NCBI RefSeq assembly: GCF_001194135.2
Contig: NC_068981.1
Span: 3,004,676 to 3,068,675, forward strand
Origin: Octopus bimaculoides
Lineage: Eukaryota
Reading direction: 5' to 3'
Length of the DNA: 64,000 nt
The notes below the pieces were generated by a model that had not been told where the DNA came from, searched no databases, and worked only from the letters and a program-made list of their open reading frames with translations. The position numbers and the translations under genes were made by a program. The number at the start of each line of letters is the position of its first letter. The stretch's first letter is position 1. Shown piece by piece: positions 1 to 13,145 of this stretch.

Positions 1-1270
1 TGCCTTGCTCAAGGACACACTATGCCATCTGTCTCTAATACTTTTAAACGCAGCACATGAATCGCAGGTTTACATGCCTTCACCAAATCACACCTTACCA
101 TCATGAAAAGGTAAAGACACATCGGACAATATAATCCTGGTTGTGGCTGTGTGGCAAGAAGTTTGCTTCCCAACCACATGGCTCTGGGTTCAGTCCCACT
201 GCATCACATCTTGAGCAAGTGCCTTCTACTATAGCCTCAGGCTAACCAAAACTTTGTGAGTGGATTTGGTAGATGGAAACTGAAAGAAGCCCCTCATATG
301 AATGTGCGTGCATGCGCGTGTGTGTGTGTTTATCTTTATGTCTATGTCTGTCCTCCATCACTGCTTGACAACCGGTGTTGGTGTGTTTATGTCCCCATAA
401 CTTAACGGTTCAGTAAAAAGAGACTGATAGAATAAGTATCAAGCTTTAAAAAAGAGTAAGTGCTGGAGCCAATTCATTCTGCCAAAAATTCTTCGAGGTG
501 ATGCCCCAGCATGGCCACAGTCTAATGACTGAAACAAGTAAGAGATAAAAGATACAAGATGAGATAGTCATGGCTGGCTTGTACACCTTTCATCATAAGA
601 TCTGTTCAGTCAAGGTTAAACTGAATGGGGGGGGAGTGAGCAACTAGGGGAAGCCTCTTCATTATCACGCACTTCAATGAAAGGGGCTCAATGTGGTTGC
701 ACATATGCTAGAAACAGCAGTCAAATCTCCTTCAAATTACATCCAACCAATTAAGAAAGAGGTGAAACAGTACAACAACTCCTGTTTTAGTCAGCCACCT
801 TTTAACTACCATACAAGGCTGGATATCTTAATATTAATATTAAATTCATCATCATCTGCTGTTATTGCTTAGTTCCAAACAAACCCATGCTTCAAAGTGT
901 TCCAGCCATGACCATCACCCAGGAATACTTTATTTAAAGTATTTCTTTTTAAGACAGTAAGGGTGAGATGTCAGGAAGATTTGGCTGCTACTTCTAGCAC
1001 ACTGAGAGACCACAGAAGCTTCCTCATTGACTCACATGAGCAAATGTTTTCTGGTCTGGTTGCTCTCATTGATAACAGCCACTCAACCATCAACGGTAGT
1101 TTTTAAACAAAGTGAGCCAAATGTAGTTAGTCCTATGACCTGTCTGCAACATTAGACGGACAAGACGGATCTATAGCAGCCATTTCCTACCTTTTGTCAT
1201 TGCAACCTATTTTAGTAACTTAATAATCCAGCATGACTTTTGCTTTTGTTTTTTTTCTGGATATGGAAAC

Positions 1271-1301
<31 letters not shown>

Positions 1302-2419
1302 GTCGTCGTCGTTGTCATCGTCGTCATCGTCGTCGTCACGGATTGGCTCCTGTGCCAGTGACACATGAAAAGCACCATTCAAGCGTGATCGTTGCCAGTG
1401 TCACTTTACCGGCACATGTGCTGGTGGCACGTGAAAAACAACATTCGAGCATAGTCGTTGCCAGTGCTGCTGGACTGGCTCCCGTGCAGGTAGCACGTAA
1501 AAACACCGTTTGAGCATGGTCATTGCCAGAACCGCCTGACTGGCCCTTGTGCCGGTGGCACGTACACCCTCAGAATGGTTGGTGTTAGGAAGGGCATCCA
1601 GCTGTAGAAACTTTGCCAGATCAGATCGAGCCTGGTGCAGCCTCTGGCTCACCAGTCCTCAGTCAAACTGTCTAACCCATGCCAGCATGGAAAGTGGACA
1701 TAAAACGATGTTGATGAAGGTGATGATATTTGTAAAAGACCAACACAGTTTGACTTGATGCCATAATAAAATCTTTTATTAAGTGTCCATGCGTGGCATT
1801 GAGTTACTCCTTCACACAGCCCCAAGAAACATTTTTCATTCATCGACTCAACCAGTCACCCTCACAGCCAGCAAACACCCAAGCAACAGGGTCACGAGTA
1901 CTGCTTTTTCTCCTAATTAAAAAATATTTCGAAAGCAAAAGATTTTTTTTCCTTTTCGACCCTTTCAGAATTTATGCTGTGACCCAGTTTGGGTCACACC
2001 CCATAGTTTGGGTGTCACTGGCCTATACAGTTTCAAACTGAATGGAGACATTGCAAAATCTTATATGTGCTAGTGTGGTTCATTGCCTAAATATTATCTG
2101 CATCCAGGATAATTGATACGTTTGATAATAAAAGTTGGGTCCTATCAGATAGCAAGGGACACAACAAAAAGCTGATAATCATGTCTTAATTTGGTAACTT
2201 TAAACTTTTATCTACCCATGGGGGGGGGGGCAATGATGAGACCTGCTATGGTGGCATCTGTATCACTCCAGCCTCACTGCTGCTGCTGCTGTTCCTCCTC
2301 CTCCTCCTCCTCCTCCTCCTACTACTACTACTAATGTTGCTGCTGCTGCTGCTGCTACTGTTACTGCTGCTACAGTACAGAGAGCTGTTACTCATGATTG
2401 AATATGGCTTTGGTAACAT

Positions 2420-2420
<1 letters not shown>

Positions 2421-2487
<67 letters not shown>
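2421..2487. repeat. (CAT)n microsatellite, preceded by (CTG)/(CCT)/(CTA) runs at about 2275-2370
   Basis: Direct reading. Confidence 0.95.
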
Positions 2488-3296
2488 GCAGTGTTTTAAA
2501 TCCAGGTTTTATCCCCGTTAACGGGGATGGCTGGATCTACCTCAATGCCATAGCAACCGAGGCAGACAGGTGCAGCCCACCCCAACCTTTCGGTTGGCTC
2601 ATGCCCATTCTCCTTTGCTATCTTGAGGCTTTTTTGGAGCTGGATTTTCTACGGGGGAGGGGGGGCATGCCCTTGCTTACCCCCAACCTCAGTTTCTAGA
2701 CATGAGTAGTCCCGGGACCAAGGCATCTACCATGATTTTTAAGAAATATGGTGAAGAACTAGCTCAGAAAGGCAGGGATACTACTTCCTGAGACCCCCTT
2801 CAGAGCCCTACTGCCTAATATACTTTTGTCAATTGATTTAGGTGTCTATATTGTTGCATGGAGGTATAAAACACTCACCACCTCCTGGCCAACTCACCCT
2901 TGACCAAGTGGAACGTTCAGGATGTGATGGCTGGAGGGAGAGAGGGCTATCCCAGCAGTTGGTTGTTACCTGTTTTCAGCTGAGTAAACTGGAACAATGT
3001 GAAGCAACGGGCCTTGTTCAAGAGCAAAAACACAGCACCCAATCTAGGAAGTGAACCCACAACCTTTTTGTGATTATGAGCCAGTCACCCTAACCACTAG
3101 GCCACAGGTCTTCACACTACTGCTGCTGTTGTGACCACTACCACCACTACTACTACTCTATGAATAAGAGAGAGGAAGAAGCTGGGCAATATTTGAAATA
3201 ATTTTGTAGAATAAAATTTTCAATAGCAAAACAAAAGATATCTTACAAAATAATGCAATACAAAAATTTTTGCAGTGTTATAAAACATGGAGAAGG

Positions 3297-3421
<125 letters not shown>

Positions 3422-3709
3422 ACAGAAGTAATTCATTGGACCATTTCCAAATATCTGTTAGTCATTGAGAAACCACTATTCTCAGCAGTTCTGATGATGA
3501 TGATAATAATAATCCTTTCTATCATGGGCACAAGGCCTGAGGCTTTGGGGCAAGGGACTAGTTGATTACATTGACCCCAGAATTTCACTGGTACTTAATT
3601 CATCGACCCCGGTGGAATTTGAACTCAGAATGTAGTGATGGGTGAAATACCACTAAGCATTTCGTCTGCATGCTAACGATTCTGCCAGCTTGCTGCCTTG
3701 ATGATGATG

Positions 3710-3765
<56 letters not shown>

Positions 3766-5344
3766 CCTTTTTACTATAAGCACAAGGCCTGAAATTTGGT
3801 AGGAGGGGGCCAGTACACAACTGGTACTTAATTTATCGAACTCAAAAAGATGAAAGATAAAAAAGTCGACCTTGGCAGAATTTGAACTCAGAACGTAGCG
3901 ACAGGTGAAGTGCCGCTAATCATTTCGTCCAGCATGCTAACGACTCTGCCAACTCACCACCTTGATGATGATGATGATGATAATCATAATAATAATGATA
4001 AGAATGGCTTTAAGTTTTGACACAAAGAGTTTGAGAGAGGGGATAAGTCAATTACATCAACCCCAGGGCTCAACTGGTAATCATTTTGTCAACCCTGAAA
4101 AGATGAAAGGCAAAGTCAACCTTGGCGGGATTTGAACTCAGAATGTAAAGTCAGAATCAATGCCACTAAGCATTTTTGGGGCTGGGAATTGAACTCACGA
4201 TCAGGAATTAAATGCTCTAACCACTAAGCCATGCAGCTTCACACAGTTACCATTATAGTTTGGACCAATGCACATTATGTCATGGCTGATACCAGTGCCA
4301 TCTGACTGGCATCCATACCAGTGGCATGTAAAAAGTACCATTCAAGCATTGGGCCTCGCAGAGGCACTGACAGGTGACCAAGACACTTGGCGATACACTG
4401 TGCTTGTGTTGACCTTTCAAGTCAAGTAAGACCATAGTTGTGGCTGATGCTGGTGTCAGATCAATGGTACCCATGCCAGTGGCATATAAAAAATACCATT
4501 CAAACATTAGGCCTCATGGATGCAGGAGGCAGTGACAGGTGACCAAGACCCTTGATGATACATCATGCTTGTGTTGACCTGTCAAACCAAGTGAGACCAT
4601 AGTCGTGGCCGATGTCAGTGTCAGGTCAATGGCACCCTTGCAAGTGGCATGTAAAAAGCACCATTCGAGCGTTGGGCCTCATGAAGGCAGTAACAGGTGA
4701 CCAAGACCCTTGGCGATATACTGTGCATGTGTTGACCTGTCAAGCCAAGTGAGACTGTAGTTGTGACCGATGCTGGTGTCAGGTCAGTGGTACGTGAAGA
4801 GCACCCACTACACTTTTGGAGTGATTGGCATTAGGAAGGGCATCCAGCCATAGAAACCTTGCCAAAATTAGATTGGAACCTTGTACAGCCCCCACCCCAC
4901 CCCTCTTACCAGTTTTCAGTCAAGCCATCCAACCCATGCCAGCATGGAAAGCAGATGTTCAACAAATGAATGATACTGAAACTTTGGGCAAACCTGCAAA
5001 GAGTGGGAAGTTTCTTCGCTTCATACTGTGTCTCGGTATTGAAGGGAGCAATGCTTTTGGTTATTTAGGAACCATAGATAGATTGTAATAACAATTCTCG
5101 ACTAGTAGCTTCTCTGCTAAAAAAAGAAAAAGAAAAGAAAAAGGGAAAAAGAAAAAAAACTGGATAAATTTTGGTTTTCCAGAAACTCTTCCATACTGTA
5201 TGACTCATTCCACCCTGTTTTGGCTGTTCCCTGCCCCCAACCCCTGCCGTTTCCCTCCCTGTTTGTAGTTGAGTTTATATTAATATTTTTCTGCCTCGGT
5301 CTATCTCAAGCTGCCTGTCTAGCCTTTTCTCCCTTGCTAATAAC

Positions 5345-5376
<32 letters not shown>

Positions 5377-5532
5377 CAAACACACACACATACCTACAAA
5401 GACACACATGTATAAATATATATTTACACACACATACACATATATGCTTAAAATAAACATTACATAATATATATATGTATATGACTATGTGTGTGTGCAT
5501 GTATATATATGTATATATGTGTATATATATAC

Positions 5533-5575
<43 letters not shown>

Positions 5576-6895
5576 TACATACACATATGCACACATATAT
5601 ATGTGTGAATGTTTATGTGTGTATATCAGCATCATCATCATCATCATTGTTTAACGTCTGCTTTTCATACTAGCATGGGTTGGACAATTTGACTGAGGAC
5701 TGGTGGAACCCGAAGGCTACACCAGGCTCCAATCTGATTTGGCAGAGTTTCTACAGCTGGATGCCCTTCCTAACACCAACCACTCCTAGAGTGTAGTAGG
5801 TGCTTTTACGTGTCACCGCCAAGAAGGCCAGTCAGGTGGTACTGGCAAGGGTCACGCTCAAAATGGTGTATTTTATGTGCCACCAGCACAAGAGCCAGTC
5901 CAGGGGCACTGGCAACGATCTAGCTAGAAAGTCCTTACACATGCTGCAGGCACAAGTGCCAGAAAGGCGACGCTGGGCACAGGTGCCATCCCGATTTCGC
6001 TTTCACTTGCCCCAATAAGTCTTCTCAAGCTGAGTTTCGTGTACAATGAAGGAGACGACGTTGGCATGGGTGCCAGTCGTCGAATTTAGTTCGATTTCGA
6101 TTTCACTTGCCTCAACAGGTTTTCGCAAGCGGAGTTTAGTGTCCAATGAAGGAAAGGTACGCATAAGTGGGCTGGCTACACTCCTGGTAGAGGCCTTGGA
6201 TTTAGGTCTCACTTGACTTGCCAGGTCTTCTCACGCACAGCATATTTCCAAAGGTATATATATNNNNNNNNNNNNNNNNNNNNNNNNNNNNNNNNNNNNN
6301 NNNNNNNNNNNNNNNNNNNNNATATATATATATATATATCATCATCATCATCATCATCATTTAACGTCCGCTTTCCATGCTGGCATGGGTTGGACGCTTT
6401 GACTGAGGACTGGTGAGCCAGAAGGCTGCACACACACACACACACATATTTTCTATTTAAGTCACGATATATGGATTCAGGTAATCTGGTGGTACTCGTA
6501 ATAAATGTTCCTTAATGTATCATTGTCCAAACCACATAGAATAATGTAGTAATATACAAAAGAAAAGGATGAGGAGTGTATAAAGTCATAAATGATAGAG
6601 AAATATTTTGATTAACTTTTATTTAACAATAAGAAAAATGCTATAATCACAACAAATTATTTTGTAACTTAAATCATTAAATAAAAGTTCGTCAAAATAT
6701 TTCTCTGTCATTTATGACTTTATATATGTATATATATATATTGGGCCTCAAGGAAGCAAGGTGGCTGAATTCCTTTTGAGTATTGGGCCTCATGGAGGCA
6801 AAGTAGCTGAGCTCTTTTCGAGTGTTGGGCCTCACGGATGCAATGACCGAGATCTTTGGTATTTTGTCGTGTTTGAGAAGACCCATCAAGCTGAT

Positions 6896-7170
6896 TTAAA
6901 TGATAAACTTCTGGAAAGTTTTGCAGATTTTTACAGTTTCATTGATGGATTGGATCTGTAGTCTTCAAATTAGCTTTCTCCTTTCTGGTTTTGCGAAGTC
7001 TAATTTCTCAAGATTGGTATTTAGGCAGTGTGTTACATATCCCAGGGCCCCAATAATTACACGTATAAACCTGAACTTGTAACCTGGATAGAGTAACTGC
7101 AGATTTCTCAATAGTTCAGCATAGGTGTTCTCTTTTTCACTGATTTTCAGTTTTATGTTAACATCCGCTG
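6896..7170 (-). mobile_element. 3' end of a restriction-like-endonuclease (R4/Dong/NeSL-type) non-LTR retrotransposon
   Basis: The minus frame reads ADVNIKLKISEKENTYAELLRNLQLLYPGYKFRFIRVIIGALGYVTHCL...LI*RLQIQSINETVKICKTFQKFII*. This fits the EK..KY..L and IIGALG signature, with one internal stop. Confidence 0.75.
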
Positions 7171-7440
7171 TATGTATGTGTGTATGTATGTATGTATGTA
7201 TGTATGTATGTATGTATGTATGTATGTATGTGTATGTATGTATATGTATGTATGTATGTATGCATGCATGAAGATTCTTTCTACAAGATCCTGTTCCAGA
7301 TCACTTCTGTTATTGTGTAATGTATTTGTGTCAGTGTATAGGTGTGTGGGGAGAGTGTGTGTGGAGGGGGGTGAGTGTGTGTGGAGGGGGGTGAGTGTGT
7401 GTGTGTGGGCGAGTGTGCGTGTGTAGATGTGTGTGTGTGA
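7171..7440. repeat. (TATG)n and (TG)n low-complexity tract
   Basis: Direct reading. Confidence 0.9.
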
Positions 7441-8640
7441 GCGCACATGTCAGCAAAGGAAGGGCAGAATTTTTCTACCTTTTCCTCAACAGCTAAGATT
7501 GTCATCTCACAGCATTTCCTATTTTTACTTCAACAGAAAGCTTATTTATGATTTGCTTTGTTCAAGTGTTCAATTCCTGTTCTTCTCAAACCTACTTTCT
7601 TTATCTGTGTTCTTATTTCCCATACATACAAGAAATGATAATTCATTCATGTTTCTATCAAAACCCAGCTCCCAAAACCTACATCTATTAAAGTGTTCAA
7701 AACCCACCAGAAATTTAACTCATTCCATTGAGAAAGTATGTAGTATGCAGCCTAAGGGTTAGAGCAGCAGTTCTCAACTGTGGCTCCTTGCGCTGCATGC
7801 AACCCTCAAGCATCCTTCTGGCAGCCCCCCCCCCAATCATCCCTCTATAAATATAATAAGTTTTTCTCAATTAACTTGTGTTTTTTTGGTGTAGGTCCCT
7901 AAAAAAAATCCAAGTTTGAGATCTGATCTGAATATTAAAAAGGCTGACAATCACCAGGCTAGAGTATTCAGCTTCCATTCATAGGACCTCATCATTTGTG
8001 AACATTGATGTCTCATGCTGGTATGTACTGAATGGTTTGACAGAATCTGACAGCTCCGAGGATTGCATCATACTCCAGTGTCTGCTTTGGAAGGGTTTCT
8101 ACAACTGGATCCCCTTCCTAAAGACCAAAGTTGGATAAGTTCAGAAAAAATGTATTTTGTTTCTATTCACATGTCTTCATTTCTACTTTTGTTCTTTCAA
8201 ATTAATTTTCGTTATCACCCATGCTGGTGCCATGTTAAAAGCACCTGTGCTGGGGCCACGTATAAAGCACCCATGCTAGTATCACATATGAGGCACCCTT
8301 TCTGGTGTCACATGTAAAGTACCTGTGATGGGGCTACGTATAAAGCACTTGTGCTGGTGCCACATATAAGCAATGGTGCTGATGTCACATAAAAAGCACC
8401 TGTGCTGGTGTTAGGGAAGGCATCCAGCCATAGAAACCATACCAAAACAGACAATTGGAGCCTGGTGCAGCTCTCTGGCCTGCCAGTTCCAGTCAAACCA
8501 TCCAAACCATGCCAGCATGGAAAACAAACTTTAAATGATGCTGATGATGATGATGGTGATGATAATGATGGTGTCAATGAGGAGGAGGAGGATGATAATT
8601 ACACAAATCATCAAATTTTCATTAAAACTTTTTATTTATG

Positions 8641-8880
8641 TACATTATTTACATTTGACGGATATTTGTCCTCATCTTGTTTGTTGTTAACACGTTTCAG
8701 CTGATATACCCTCCATCAGGTGTCTTGGGGAAACTTCGATGTTATTATTATTAATTATCATTATTATTATTATTATTCAGGTCACTGCCTGGAATTGAAC
8801 TCGGAATCTTGGGGTTAGTAGCCTGCGCTCTTAATAACTACACCATATGCCCGTCGAATGTAAATAATGTAAATAATGTA
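8641..8880 (-). mobile_element. Composite short element: tRNA-like head, (AAT)n, Penelope-like hammerhead-type segment, flanked by inverted repeats (copy 1, core partly deleted)
   Basis: Inverted ends 8641-8661 and 8851-8871 match at 20/21. tRNA-like head at about 8778-8850. Homologous to 17482-17740. Confidence 0.7.
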
Positions 8881-10293
8881 CACAATTCCTCATCTTTTAA
8901 ATATAAAACTTTTTATTTGTTAACATAATTTGATGAAAATATTACAGCAGAGAAGAAACTGACTTTAGCTGACTCTTGAAAAAGTGAATAAATATCTGTC
9001 AAATCAAAGAAAAGGAAGATTCTGTTTATTCCTCAATGAAGCTCTTATCGTCAAAAGGAAACTAAATGAAAGCAAATTAGACATTCGTTAACACTTGCCA
9101 ATTCCATGAGTAAAATAGTGCAAGGTCGTGAGTTCAGTTCCTGGACCAGGCACCATGTTGTGTCGATGGAGGTAGTAGTATCCTCAATGAAAAATAAACT
9201 CCAGCTGACTGTGGATGCAGCCATCTCTCCCGCCAACAGTCACATTCTCAATGTTATATCAGACCAAGAATGGGATGGTCAAGGGAGTGTTTATGCCTGC
9301 TCATGGCTGCATGGGCATCTAAAACAATCAGCAAACACATAATGCAAGTGGACATATCATTGTTGCTTGTAAGTAATCTTTTCTACTCTAGGCACAAGGC
9401 CAGAAATTTTGGGGAAAGGGGCCAGTTGATTAGGTCGACCCCAGTACACAACTAGTACTTAATTTATCGACCCTGAAAGGATGAAAGGCAAAGTTGACCT
9501 TGGTAGAATTTGAACTCAGAACATAGTGGCAGACAAAATACTGCTAAGCATTTCGCCCAGCCTCCTAACGTTACTTATTTCTTATTTCTTTACTGCCCAC
9601 AAGGGGCTAAACACAGAGGGGACAAACAAGGACAGACAAAGGGATTAAATCGATTACATCGACCCCAGTGCGTAAATGGTACTTAATTTATCAACCCCGA
9701 AAGGATGAAAGGCAAAGTTGACCTCAGCGGAATTTGAACTCAGAACATAACGGCAGACGAAATACTGCTCAGCATTTCGCCCAACGTGCTAACATTTCTG
9801 CCAGCTCGCTGCCTTACTTGCTTGTAAGTAATGGCTGAGCTATTTTTATAAATTATTCTTTTTAGTTAATTGGTTGACTAGAGGGAATTATGTCACTCAG
9901 GGAGTGAACAGCTCTTCAAAAATACTAATGGAAGCTAATATTAAAGCTTAAGTATTTTGAACTAGTTACATAACACCACACCAAAAATTGAAGGACAGAC
10001 AAGTTATAGTAAGTACTAAATATGTAATAAACTCAGTATCTTTTGCGCATAATATTTGTATATAAACACTTTATTTCAAGTTGCACTCAGCTGGAGTTGC
10101 ATTTCAAAGGGGTCGCCTTGTCACATTCTGAGTCATGCTGAATCTCCTTGAGAACTATAGTAAGAGTATGTGCGTCCATGGAGTGCTCAGCCACTTGCAT
10201 GTTAATTTCATGAGTTGGCTGTTCCATTAACTGAAGCAATTGGAACCCTCATTGTCGTAACCACTGGAGTGCCAGTTGAGCACCAGTTGTGTA

Positions 10294-10581
10294 CAGTAAT
10301 CCCTCACCATATCACAGTTCACTTATCGTGGTTCACCTATCATGGTTTATCATTTAAGCTTACGTTGATGCCTCCGTGGTGTTGTTTTGCATTTATAATA
10401 AATATATACAAATTATGAAAATAATCAAAAAAAATATACAGTACAATACTGTTCCTACTTTGCAGATTTTCACCTATTGTGGNNNNNNNNNNNNNNNNNN
10501 NNNNNNNNNNNNNNNNNNNNNNNNNNNNNNNNNGGGGGGGGGGGGTTGAACATAACACTCGCGATAGTCAAGGGATTACTG
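10294..10581. mobile_element. pogo/Tigger-like (Tc1/mariner) MITE
   Basis: TA flanks and TIRs cagtaatccct / agggattactg; contains an N-gap. Confidence 0.75.
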
Positions 10582-12752
10582 TATAATACACAACCATTGG
10601 TGCACAAGTGTATATATATATATATATATAGTGCACCAATAGTTATTGGGAACAGAATTCTAGTAAAAAATGTCTCTATTTTATAAATGCATTGGCTTTT
10701 CTTTCATGTTAGAAAGTTTGGAGAAAATTAGTGTTTAGTCAAATTTATTATAATTGCTGTATAAAATACATTAAAAAAGCTCACATATCTAAATGAAATA
10801 AAAAGCAAATTTTGTAAAGGAATTTTCAACATTGCTAGTATTTGTTGGTCGTAAGTATGCATTTCCTGTACATATGATTTGAGGCTTTATAAATTATACA
10901 ACAAATAGTTGATGAAGCAAATGCTCTATGATTGGTCCCAAATGCAATGATACAGGCATGTCTGTTGATACCAGGGTATTGAGATAAATGCTAGTTGATT
11001 CATCCAAAAGATGATAATATGATGTAGATATGTCTGTCAACACCAGTGTTTCTTGGGGTGGAGGAGTTGTTACACTTATTAACTGGTTTCAAAAAATATT
11101 ATATGATGATGTAGACACATCTGTCTGTCAATACTGGTGTCTCAGCAGGGAGGGGGTACATCAGACAGTTGTTAAACCAATTGACTGGTCTAAATCATGA
11201 CGATGTAGGAAACAATTGTGATGCCAGCCTGCCTGAGATGTTAGATTATTGTTGAGGTGCTGGTGTGGCTGTGTGGTAAGATGTTTGCTTCCGAACCACA
11301 AAGTTTCAGGTTCAGTCCCATGAGCAATTAAAAGATAAAAATGAATTGAAGCTGCAAATTTGTGGGTTTACATTCAAGTCATTTGTGTGAGATGAATACA
11401 ACAACATGGAATATTATCTGTGACAAAGCAACCTAAATAAAATGTCGCTTAAAAGAATATATCTCCAAATAGCTTTATGATTGTTCGCATCATCATTTAA
11501 CATCTGTTTTCTAAGCTAGTATGGGTTGGACGTTTTGACAGAATCTGATGAGCCAAAGAACTTTGCTGAACTCTAATATCTGCTTTGTACTTACTTGTAC
11601 TTGTGGTGGCATTCACTTGTAGTGGGTTGAGCCAGCTCTGATCAATGAGTTCACCAAGTCACCTCATGAATGATGACCACATCTGATGGTCAGCCGCAGT
11701 TGACACCACAGAGCAAGCTCTTAGCTGTAGTCATCATTCATTGTTGAGGTGTAGAGTTCATATTCAGAACTCTGAACAAAACCATGAATGTCTTCTTGGC
11801 ATGGTTTCTATAGCTTGATGCTCTTCCTAATGCCAAAAACTTCATAGATTGTGCAGGATGCTCTTTAAGAGGCACCAGCACCGGTGAGGTCACCAAGTAA
11901 CTCACAAGACAAGAGTCCTCAACTGAGGTGGGAGAGTAGTATTGAAGGAGTTGGCTTTGTACCTGGTGGTGATAGGTTAAAGCAGCGGGTTTTCAACTGT
12001 CTTTTGCTTATGGATCCTTTGGATACCCATTTTACTTGCTTGGACTCTCAGAGCCATTCAATGTTTAAAAAAAATCCTATTATAGTTTTAGAATTAAATG
12101 TTATTAGAAATCATACAAAAATTTGTTAAAATATTTTGTATATTGTAGAAATATAACCAATTTATTGCAGATAAATTTTTAACAACAAAATCTTGTATGG
12201 AGCCCCAAAGGTCATAGCAGCTCCAACTGAGTTAAAGTGGGTTAAAGTATGACAGGGGATAGGAACAGATGTCTTGCAGTAAAGGAGACAGATGGTTTTC
12301 CCCAGTTGTAAAAGGGAGAAGATAGTGATGTTTGAGCATACCTTCAAGTTACAGGAAGGTGAACATAAGAGAAGTGATGAAAAGGACTGGCTTAGGTGAG
12401 TTCAGTTGTAGAATATATTTATCGATTGTGGAATATTATATTAGAAACAGCCACACATACACTCACACCCAAAGCATGAATACACAAAACACACAGCTTT
12501 GTGATGTTATTTCAATAATAATAATAATAATTATCATCATCATCATTATTATTATTATTTTTATTATTATTATTATATTTATAATTATAATAATAATGAT
12601 GTGTTGTAGGAGATAAATTATCCTATTACTGTAGTGCAGTTAAAACAAAGATACCTTTGACTGAAAAATAGCCTCATCAACACAAGTCATTAGAATGTGA
12701 TAATTCAACAGCTTAACATTGTTTTTGAATATAAAGATGACTTAACATAAAA

Positions 12753-12795
<43 letters not shown>

Positions 12796-13105
12796 CGCGT
12801 GCGCGTGTGCGTTTTTTTTTGTTTTTTATTTGCTAATATTTCCAGTGAAACTAAATTTGTAAAGTATTTCCTGCAGAAACAAAGAAAATATTAAAATGTG
12901 ATTTTTGCTTATTTTATATTTGTATTAGAATTGCGTTTGAAGAAGGAAAATGATCAAAAATGGAACTAACCATATTTCATGAATTATTCTGAAACCATTC
13001 CACACAAAATTTTGTCCTTTGAAGTAAATTAGTCACTACAAAAGAGATTTCGAATAGATTTTCATTTCATTTACTGGAATAATGAATACTCATAGAAAGA
13101 TTAAA

Positions 13106-13145
<40 letters not shown>

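Noticed and set aside
2334-2699. Poly-Leu/poly-Ser and other low-complexity ORFs
   Set aside because: They are translations of microsatellites and SINE bodies. The recurring FPCWHGLD and LQLDALPNANHSE peptides are the family-C repeat.
9106-9342. ORF with faint resemblance to a gypsy RNase H segment
   Set aside because: Too degenerate; there are no neighbouring RT or integrase remnants and no LTRs.
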